A stretch of 32,000 bases of DNA from assembly GCA_934660865.1 (NCBI GenBank), contig CAKUIA010000003.1:1-32000 (forward strand), in the 5' to 3' direction. The position numbers and the translations under genes were made by a program. The notes under the pieces are model-generated. The model had not been told where the DNA came from. It saw only the letters and a program-made list of their open reading frames with translations, and ran no database searches. Shown piece after piece: positions 25,121-32,000 of the stretch. The stretch is from an uncultured Opitutales bacterium (GTDB lineage Bacteria; Verrucomicrobiota; Verrucomicrobiia; Opitutales; Intestinicryptomonadaceae). How positions within the stretch are numbered: the stretch's first letter is position 1; every line of letters begins with the position of its first letter.

Positions 25121-28101
25121 TATTCCCTAATGCGCCAGCCTTCCTCTTTTATGAGGCGTTCGGCTTTCTTGAATTTAAGCGTTTGCTCTTCGCCGTTTCT
25201 TACTATGGTTACAAGCTCGTTGCGGCCTATTTTGGGCATTTCTGGCTCTGCAATGTCGGGAAGCTTTATTTCGGTAGGCGAGTCGCCCTCGGCGGGTTTG
25301 GCTTCCTGCGGTTCGGCGCTTTTTGTTTCGGCCTTTGCCGATTTTTCCTGTATGCGCGAAATCATGGCCTGCAAAACCTCAATGCTTGAGGCGCTTCTGA
25401 AAAGCCCCGTGCAAATATCGTTGCGTATTTTACCCATAAGGGCTTCGAAATACTTAAAGGCTTCGCTCTTGTATTCGTTTAATGGGTCTTTTTGCCCGTA
25501 GCTGCGAAGGCCAACGCTCTTGCGCAAGTCCTCCATTTCGGTAAGGTGGTCCTGCCAGTTTTTGTCTATGGCGCGCAAAAGAACAAATCTTTCTATTGCC
25601 TTAAGCATTTCGGGCTCTTCAAGCTCGTCGCGCATTTTGTAAAGCTCGTCTATTTCGCCGAGAATTTTTTTGCGCATATCGGCCCTCGAAAGCCCCGTTA
25701 GGTCGTCGGCCGAAATCGTAATCGGGAAACGGCTTGTAAGCCAGCTTGCAAACATTGCAATGGAATCTTTGTCGGTGTTCGAATCGCCGTTTTCGTCGTA
25801 AACTGAAAGGCGCTCGTCTATTTCCTCGTCTACAAATTCCCTTACAAGCTTGCGGGTGTCGGCTGTGTTTAAAATGTCGTTCCTTATGCCGTAGATAATC
25901 TCGCGCTGCTTGTTAAGAACGTCGTCGTACTGCAAAAGCCTTTTTCTTGCCGAGTAGTTTTGGCCTTCAACCGTCTTTTGCGCGCGCTCTATAGAGCGGT
26001 TTAGCATTGGGTGCTCGAGGGGTTCTCCCTCTTTCATTGTTTTGTCGAGTATTCTCGATATTGCGCCCATATTGCTAAAGAGCCTCATTAGGTTGTCTTC
26101 AAGCGAGATTAGGAATTTTGTGTAGCCCGGGTCTCCCTGGCGGGCGCAGCGGCCGCGCAACTGGCGGTCTATGCGGCGCGATTCGTGGCGTTCGGTGCCA
26201 AGCACATACAGGCCGCCAAGTTCGGCAACGCCTTCGCCCAGCTTAATGTCGGTGCCGCGGCCCGCCATATTCGTCGCAATGGTAACCGCGCCTTTTTGGC
26301 CTGCGTTGGCAATAATTTCGGCTTCTTTTGCGTGGTTTTTGGCGTTAAGCACGCTGTGTTCAATGCCCGTTTTGCGGAGCATACGGCTTAAAACTTCGCT
26401 GGCTTCAACCGAGGCGGTGCCCACCAATATGGGTTGGCCTCTTTTGTGGGCGGCAACAATTTCGTTTATGGCCGCCTGGCACTTTTCCCTGCGGGTTTTG
26501 TAGATAACGTCGTTTGCGTCTATTCTGCGACAGGGTTTGTTTGTGGGAATGGCCATTACGTTTAGGCCGTAAATGTCGTTAAATTCCTGCGCTTCGGTTT
26601 CGGCCGTGCCGGTCATGCCCGCAAGCTTCGAGTACATTCTAAAGTAGTTTTGAATTGTAATCGTAGCATACGTTTTGCTTTCCTTTTCTATTTGGCAGTT
26701 TTCCTTTGCCTCTATGGCCTGGTGCAAGCCTTCGCTCCAGCGGCGGCCGTACATAATTCTGCCCGTGTTTTGGTCTACAATGTGCACTTTGCCGTCTTGC
26801 ACAACATATTCAACGTCTTTTTCGTACAGCGAATAGGCGCGTATAAGCTGGCTTATGCAGTGTATGGTTTCCGAGGTGGAAATAAATTCGGCTTCGGCCT
26901 TAAGTTTTGCCTCCTGCTTTTGCTGGGCGCTTAGGTCGGTTTTTGCGTCTATCTCGACAAAAATGCTGGGCAAGTCGGGCAACACAAAGGCGTTGGGGTT
27001 GTTCGGTTCAACCGCATTTCTGCCGCGCTCGCAAAGGTCGCTTTGGTGCTGTTTTTCGTCTATAACGTAGTATAGCTGCTCTTTTAATGCGTAGCGTTCC
27101 TGCTTGTTAAAGTCGGCGGCCATTTCCATGTCGAACTTGTCCAGCTGGCGGCGTACGGCGCCTATTTCCATAAGCTGGCGCAGGGTTCTGTTTTTGGGCA
27201 TGCCCAATTTTACCTGCCAAAGCTTTTGTATTGTGGGCCTGTCCAGCTCGGGGTTCTTTTCGGCCGCCTCTTTTACCTCTATTGCCAACCTGTTGCAGAA
27301 AGTGTGCTGAAGCTTAACAAGCTTTTCTACAGCTGGCTTTAAGAGCATAAAGGGGGCTTCGTGGTCTTCCTGAACGGGGCCCGAAATGATAAGGGGGGTT
27401 CTCGCCTCGTCTATCAAAATAGAGTCTACTTCGTCTACAATGCAGTAGAACTGGCCGCGTTGCACCTGCTCTTGCGCCGAGCTTGTCATGCCGTTGTCGC
27501 GCAAATAGTCGAAACCGAATTCGCTTGCCGTGCCGTAGGTAATGTCGGCCGCATATGCCCGCTTTTTCGAGGCGTTGTCTTGCTGGTTGTAAATCCAGTC
27601 TACAGTAAGGCCCAAAAAGTTGTACAAATAGCCCATCCATTCGCAGTCGCGGCGGGCAAGGTATTCGTTTACGGTTACCAAGTGGCAGTTGTTGCCCGTT
27701 AGCGCGTTTAGGTACAGCGGCAATGTGGAAACCAAAGTTTTGCCTTCGCCCGTGGCCATTTCGGCAATCATATTTTTATGGAGCGCAATGCCGCCAATAA
27801 GCTGGACATCGTAGTGCACCATTTCCCACTTTATGTCGTGGCCGCAAACGCTAACGGTTTTACCGCAAAGCCTGCGGGCGGCGTTCTTTACCGCGGCAAA
27901 AGCTTCGGGCAAAATGTCGTCGGTAGTTTCGCCGTTCTTTAGGCGGTCTTTAAATTCCTGTGTCTTTGCCTTTAGCTGCTCGTCGGTTAGCGACTGGTAC
28001 TGTTTTTCGATTTCGTTGATTTTAGCTACAACGGGGCGCACTTTCTTGTAGAATTTTTTGTAGTGGCTGCCCGCAAAAAGTTTGAAAATTTGAGCTATCA
28101 T
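25120..28101 (-). CDS. secA: Preprotein translocase ATPase SecA
   Basis: [10 protein letters not shown] Walker [33 protein letters not shown], and collinear SecA domains over 993 aa. Confidence 0.98.
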   Translation of the reverse strand: MIAQIFKLFAGSHYKKFYKKVRPVVAKINEIEKQYQSLTDEQLKAKTQEFKDRLKNGETTDDILPEAFAAVKNAARRLCGKTVSVCGHDIKWEMVHYDVQLIGGIALHKNMIAEMATGEGKTLVSTLPLYLNALTGNNCHLVTVNEYLARRDCEWMGYLYNFLGLTVDWIYNQQDNASKKRAYAADITYGTASEFGFDYLRDNGMTSSAQEQVQRGQFYCIVDEVDSILIDEARTPLIISGPVQEDHEAPFMLLKPAVEKLVKLQHTFCNRLAIEVKEAAEKNPELDRPTIQKLWQVKLGMPKNRTLRQLMEIGAVRRQLDKFDMEMAADFNKQERYALKEQLYYVIDEKQHQSDLCERGRNAVEPNNPNAFVLPDLPSIFVEIDAKTDLSAQQKQEAKLKAEAEFISTSETIHCISQLIRAYSLYEKDVEYVVQDGKVHIVDQNTGRIMYGRRWSEGLHQAIEAKENCQIEKESKTYATITIQNYFRMYSKLAGMTGTAETEAQEFNDIYGLNVMAIPTNKPCRRIDANDVIYKTRREKCQAAINEIVAAHKRGQPILVGTASVEASEVLSRMLRKTGIEHSVLNAKNHAKEAEIIANAGQKGAVTIATNMAGRGTDIKLGEGVAELGGLYVLGTERHESRRIDRQLRGRCARQGDPGYTKFLISLEDNLMRLFSNMGAISRILDKTMKEGEPLEHPMLNRSIERAQKTVEGQNYSARKRLLQYDDVLNKQREIIYGIRNDILNTADTRKLVREFVDEEIDERLSVYDENGDSNTDKDSIAMFASWLTSRFPITISADDLTGLSRADMRKKILGEIDELYKMRDELEEPEMLKAIERFVLLRAIDKNWQDHLTEMEDLRKSVGLRSYGQKDPLNEYKSEAFKYFEALMGKIRNDICTGLFRSASSIEVLQAMISRIQEKSAKAETKSAEPQEAKPAEGDSPTEIKLPDIAEPEMPKIGRNELVTIVRNGEEQTLKFKKAERLIKEEGWRIRE

Positions 28102-28202
28102 AAATGTTTAAATGTAAAGTTTGTATATTCGTATAATAATCTCGACAAATACCGCCGATTGCAACCAAAAAAAGCGTTTTATATTGTTGTATTCGTACAA
28201 AA

Positions 28203-28237
28203 AATCGGGGCACTTTGCCGATGTCCCGATTTTTTTG
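28203..28237. terminator. Hairpin terminator between the 28264 gene and secA (A-run and T-run flanks, potentially bidirectional)
   Basis: AATCGGGGC (28203..28211) / GTCCCGATT (28223..28231) flanked by A6 and T7. On the minus-strand transcript the stem has one A/C mismatch. Confidence 0.6.
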
Positions 28238-28263
28238 CAAAGTTTGCCGGGTTGTTTGCCCCG

Positions 28264-31200
28264 CTACTTGTTCGGGCGGGGGGCTTTAACGTATAGCGTG
28301 TCGTGTATCCATTGAAAATATTTTTCGTCGGATTCGAACGCGGGAATGGGCGTTTTGTCTTTCAAGTTGGGCTTTATTATGCCGCATTTTTGAAGAACCA
28401 TTGTGTATCCCTTGTTTGGCCTGAAATTCGGCTTGTCGTAGAACGGGCGGTTTTGGCTAAGGTATTCTTTGCACTTGTTTAAAAGCGACATAATGTCCTG
28501 GTAGTCGTAGTCTTTTTTGTCTTTGAAAACAACGGGGTGCACGTTCTTTTCGGCGCGCCCGCCTGCGCTTTTTGCAAGCGGGGTAAGCGCAAACACCGAG
28601 CGCTCGGGGTTGTCGAAATTAAACTGCAAATCGTGGGGGATTTTCGACGGCCTGCCCTTTTTGTCGGAAGTCGGCAGCTTGGCAACTCCGCCTATTGTCC
28701 AGCGCATTTGGCCGCCGTTTTTGTTGTGGCAGCCCATGCAGCGGCGTTTTATGGCCTCGTTAAAGGCCTTTGTTTCGGGCATATTGTTAAGCTCTATGCC
28801 CGTCATTGCCATGTAAAAGTTCATTCTTAAAAAGCCGGTGCCCTGTATGGCGTATGTGCCCGCCTGCATTGCTCCGGTGTCGAGCCACAGCATAACGCTT
28901 TCGCGCTCGAAATCGCTAAGTTTTACGTTGTGGTGTCCGCCCGAAATTTTGTCCATAAGCTTGCTAGAGCCGGAGCCGAAGTAGTAGGGCTGTGATTCTC
29001 CCCAGCGGTTGCGGCCGTCGTTATATTGGCCTTTTTTTGAAAGGGCCACATAGTTTAAAACGTTGTTTGCGTTAAGCCCCTTTTCCAGCGAAAGCGAGCC
29101 TTTTAAATCCACCGAATTGTGGCATTTTACGCAGTGTTTGTCGAATATGGGCTGCAGGTCGCGCGTTAGGTCTACAACAAAGGGCTGTTTGCGCCCCTTA
29201 AAAGGCGTTATCTTTTGCACGCCTTTTGTAAACGAAAGCGGGGTGTTTGTTAAAGTTGGTGCTTCCGTGCGCTTTTCATGGCAGCCTATGCAGCTTGTTG
29301 AAGTTGCTGGCGAAAAGCCCACCGAGCTTTGCATTTTCTTTATAAGTTTTCCGTCTTTATCCAGCGCCGAAAACGAAAGCGGCATGCCCGAGGGCACTTC
29401 GAACATTGCGCTGCCGTCTTCCTCTACGGGAACCGTTCCCCAAATCCTTTCCAAGATAAAGCCGCCGCCGTTTGAAATAGGGTGCATTCCGCCGTGGTAG
29501 TGCACGGGTTCTGGCAAAACCTCGGTTATTAAAAGCTTTTTAACCGAGCCTTTTTTAACCGACTGCATTTCCCTGCCGTTGTAGATGTCTATAAGCGAAA
29601 TTACGGCGGTTTTCTTTGAAAAGTCGGCCTTGTCGGGTATAAGATATTCGCGCGGGCGCGGCCTTAAGGGCTGAACGTCGCGCATAAACATTTTGCAGGG
29701 AACATTGTTTTTGTGCGTTAAAGTAAGCACTTTGTGCTCGCTTTTAAAGAGGTCGCCAGGCAGCTTAAAACCCGTAAATATGTGTCCGAAATCGTCCATA
29801 ATTACAATGTTTTTGCCGTTGGTTGTAAGGTAAAACCCTTTGCCCAGCGGGAATGGGTCGAAAAACTGGTTTGAGTAGCCGCCTACTATGATGTCGAATG
29901 CGTGCTCGTCGGAGGGGTCGGCTCCAATTTTCATCTTTGCGGGAAAGCCCCTGGAATCGGTCTGGCCGTGGCCCGTGCCCAAAGTGAAAACAATTTCGTC
30001 TTTGTCGGGCACCGGCTTTGCCGCCAAGAAAAGCCCGCCGGGCCTTTTGTTGCCCAAAAACACGGTGTTGTTCGAGCCGTCGGGGTTCATCGCCCAAAGG
30101 TGGTGGAATGAAACCTGGCTGCGCTGGTTGTAGTCCCAACGCATATATACAACGCGGCCGTCTTTTAAAAGGGCGGGGGTGTCGTCTTGGTCGGGGTTTA
30201 CGCTTATGTTGCGTATCATATTTTCCTTAGAATACCACCTGTGCAGATTGTTTGCCGGCACAAAAAGGCATTGCACGGTTTTCGGCTGGCGGTTTGAAAT
30301 ATAAAGAATGTCGCCGTTGGGCATATAGCAGGGTTCAAAGTCGTCCCAGTCGCCCGTCATGGGCAAAAGTTTCAGGTTTTTGCCGTCTATGTCTACCTCG
30401 TAAAGTTTAAAATGGTTGCTTGTTCCTTTTCTATACGAAAACAGAATTTTCTTTGCGTCGTAGTGAAGCCTGCAGTCGCGCACCGAGCCGTCGGGGTCGT
30501 CTACAATATATTCGTAGTCGCCCGTTTTTATGTTGTAGCGCACAAGCTTGCCGCCCATGCGCGAAAACATTTCCTGGTTAAACCACAAGTCGGCTTTGGA
30601 ATTGCCCTCGGGGGTTTCGGCGTATACGCTTTTGCCCACGTTTGCATACCAGTGCGCGTCCCGGCTAGACGACCTTACGCAAAAAACAACCTCGTCGCAG
30701 CCGAGGGCTTGCAGTGCCTTTTGCTCGAACTCTTTTTGATAGTCTTTTATTTTAGGGTCCTGCTTGTCGTCGGAAAGGCTTATGTAGTCGTAGACAACCC
30801 ATCTTTCGGAGTTTGCGCTTTTAAAACGGTGGGGCTTTATTTCAATTAAATTGTCTTTTTCCTTCAGGCTTTTGGCGGGAATGTTTATTTTAGACAGTGC
30901 CGGAATGCCCCATGTTTGGGGGTGGTAGGCAACCACCGCCGAAATGTTTGCCTTTTCGTAGTTGAACTTGTGGGGGTTTGCAATGCGGGCAAGTTTTTTG
31001 CCGTTTAAAAATATGTCCAAAAAATTGTCGTGGCGGCAATATTCATCGGTCAGTCCTATTCTTAATATGTAGGTTTTGTCGGGGTGGCTTTGGGCCTTTG
31101 GCGCGTCGAACTTAATCGCGTAGTCGGCGGCTTGAGCCGAGCCGCTCCAGCGGCAGCCCGAAATTGGGTGTACAAAGGGCCAGTCTTTGTCTTTGTTTTT

Positions 31201-31455
31201 GCCAACAACAAAAGTAAAGTAGCGATTTGTGTCTTTAAAGAATTTTTCGCAGCCGTCTACGTCCCTAAATGTGCGCCTCGGCTGTGTATAGTCGTTGTTA
31301 TAGGCGTGGCGGTCGTCGGCTAAATTTGCAAAGGTTTTAAATTCTTTTGCAAAAGAGTCGGGCTTGCCTATTTGAAATATCGTTTCGCATTCTGCATAAT
31401 TGCAAAAGACAACTCCCGCAACAGCCGCAATTTTTAAGGTGTTTAAAAGTTTCAT
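28264..31455 (-). CDS. Secreted multidomain protein: N-terminal beta-sandwich-like module, PD40/TolB-like beta-propeller, C-terminal region with three CxxCH motifs (PSCyt1-like)
   Basis: GGGGGAG lies upstream of ATG 31455. Signal peptide MKLLNTLKIAAVAGVVFCNYA. Propeller-type repeats include DAKKILFSYRKG, PNGDILYISNR, KDGRVVYMRWDY and NPDGSNNTVF. CIGCH is at 29278..29292, CVKCH at 29119..29133 and CMGCH at 28726..28740. SKLMDKISGGHHNVKLSDFERESVMLWLDTGA resembles the planctomycete cytochrome C (PSCyt1) tail. Confidence 0.85.
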   Translation of the reverse strand: MKLLNTLKIAAVAGVVFCNYAECETIFQIGKPDSFAKEFKTFANLADDRHAYNNDYTQPRRTFRDVDGCEKFFKDTNRYFTFVVGKNKDKDWPFVHPISGCRWSGSAQAADYAIKFDAPKAQSHPDKTYILRIGLTDEYCRHDNFLDIFLNGKKLARIANPHKFNYEKANISAVVAYHPQTWGIPALSKINIPAKSLKEKDNLIEIKPHRFKSANSERWVVYDYISLSDDKQDPKIKDYQKEFEQKALQALGCDEVVFCVRSSSRDAHWYANVGKSVYAETPEGNSKADLWFNQEMFSRMGGKLVRYNIKTGDYEYIVDDPDGSVRDCRLHYDAKKILFSYRKGTSNHFKLYEVDIDGKNLKLLPMTGDWDDFEPCYMPNGDILYISNRQPKTVQCLFVPANNLHRWYSKENMIRNISVNPDQDDTPALLKDGRVVYMRWDYNQRSQVSFHHLWAMNPDGSNNTVFLGNKRPGGLFLAAKPVPDKDEIVFTLGTGHGQTDSRGFPAKMKIGADPSDEHAFDIIVGGYSNQFFDPFPLGKGFYLTTNGKNIVIMDDFGHIFTGFKLPGDLFKSEHKVLTLTHKNNVPCKMFMRDVQPLRPRPREYLIPDKADFSKKTAVISLIDIYNGREMQSVKKGSVKKLLITEVLPEPVHYHGGMHPISNGGGFILERIWGTVPVEEDGSAMFEVPSGMPLSFSALDKDGKLIKKMQSSVGFSPATSTSCIGCHEKRTEAPTLTNTPLSFTKGVQKITPFKGRKQPFVVDLTRDLQPIFDKHCVKCHNSVDLKGSLSLEKGLNANNVLNYVALSKKGQYNDGRNRWGESQPYYFGSGSSKLMDKISGGHHNVKLSDFERESVMLWLDTGAMQAGTYAIQGTGFLRMNFYMAMTGIELNNMPETKAFNEAIKRRCMGCHNKNGGQMRWTIGGVAKLPTSDKKGRPSKIPHDLQFNFDNPERSVFALTPLAKSAGGRAEKNVHPVVFKDKKDYDYQDIMSLLNKCKEYLSQNRPFYDKPNFRPNKGYTMVLQKCGIIKPNLKDKTPIPAFESDEKYFQWIHDTLYVKAPRPNK

Positions 31456-31548
31456 AAATGCTCCCCCAAAAAAAGAAATATTTAAATGCAATTTCTAAAT
31501 TCCGTCGGCGCAAAGGCTATGCTTGCGGCAAAGTTTATGCAAGCAAAA

Positions 31549-32000
31549 TTAGCGGCGGTTTATAAGCAAATTCGGGTCGCTTTTTTTCATTACGCTTTTC
31601 GAGAGCTTTTTGCCGTCTTTGCCCAGCAGCAGCTTGCAGTGCGCAAAGGCGGGAATTTTCCAGCCGAAAGCGTTGTATATTGCCATTTGTTTTGCAGTGC
31701 TAAGCAAAAGGTCTTTGCCTCTTACAACTTCGCTTATCTGCATAAAATGGTCGTCTACAACAACGGCAAGCTCGTACGATGGGGCGTTTTGCCTCCGCCA
31801 AACAAGAAAATCGCCAAAATCTGCGCCCGCGGTAAATTCCTGCGCGCCCTCAAAGGCGTCGGTAAAGGCAAAGCTTTGCGCGTAGTTTAGGTTAAAACGC
31901 CAGTTTAATCGGTCGAAGTTGTCGGGAACGCTTCCCAATTTATACGAAGGGTCTATAAGCGACTTTTTAAATATCCTTTCGCCTGCGTCGTACCGCGAAA
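31549..32000 (-). CDS. gluQ: Glutamyl-Q tRNA(Asp) synthetase (GluQRS), 5' part outside the window
   Basis: DFLVWRRQNAPSYELAVVVDDHFMQISEVVRGKDLLLSTAKQ...GKKLSKS matches the YadB/GluQRS core (YqLAvVvDD, VvRG.DLl.sT, KLSK). The reading frame stays open to position 32000. The C-terminus ends only 14 aa after KLSKS, which is shorter than E. coli YadB. Confidence 0.8.
   Translation of the reverse strand, partial: SRYDAGERIFKKSLIDPSYKLGSVPDNFDRLNWRFNLNYAQSFAFTDAFEGAQEFTAGADFGDFLVWRRQNAPSYELAVVVDDHFMQISEVVRGKDLLLSTAKQMAIYNAFGWKIPAFAHCKLLLGKDGKKLSKSVMKKSDPNLLINRR

Noticed and set aside
26477-26492. TGGCAC-containing sigma-54 promoter look-alike (also at 1795..1809)
   Set aside because: GG to GC spacing is off by one or absent (GG-N10 is followed by TG or GT, not GC). 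Both sites lie inside coding sequence, so they are not credible -24/-12 promoters.

Overview
32-kb chromosomal window from a Gram-negative bacterium, shown by Lnt, an OprB-type porin, a lipobox lipoprotein and sigma-54. A PSCyt1-like CxxCH domain and a Tat-exported FAD oxidoreductase hint at a PVC- or FCB-type lineage, but I cannot prove that from the sequence. About two thirds is GC-richer housekeeping backbone. It holds thyA, a CDF transporter and a porin (4.3-7.5 kb, +), the FAD oxidoreductase (10.4-12.3 kb, +), and an overlapping rpoN-tsaB-alr-like operon (14.4-17.5 kb, -). It also holds folC, rpsA and glnS-zupT (17.6-23.4 kb, +), and on the minus strand gluQ, a ~1060-aa secreted propeller/cytochrome-motif protein, and secA-lnt (23.4-32 kb). 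Three visibly AT-richer accessory blocks are embedded in it. My own counts give 17 G+C in 2821-2880 and 17 in 13081-13140, against 36 in 4561-4620. Block (i), 1-3950, abuts the 3' end of tRNA-Lys(CTT). It carries a frameshifted tyrosine integrase, a self-contained two-gene operon (UDG-fold-like protein plus Q/M-rich TM2 membrane protein) and an orphan membrane-anchored protein. Block (ii), 7.6-10.25 kb, has an orphan 694-aa lipoprotein and a divergent XRE/AT-hook regulator. Block (iii), 12.5-14.35 kb, lies beside tRNA-Leu(TAA) and holds a translationally coupled Panacea (DUF4065) antitoxin and an unassigned ~147-aa putative toxin. The best candidates for something undescribed are the UDG-like/TM2 pair and the Panacea-linked toxin. 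An alanine-racemase paralogue lacking the PLP lysine is a third point of interest. No CRISPR array, rRNA or transposase was seen. All functional calls rest on motif recognition by eye, with no database search.
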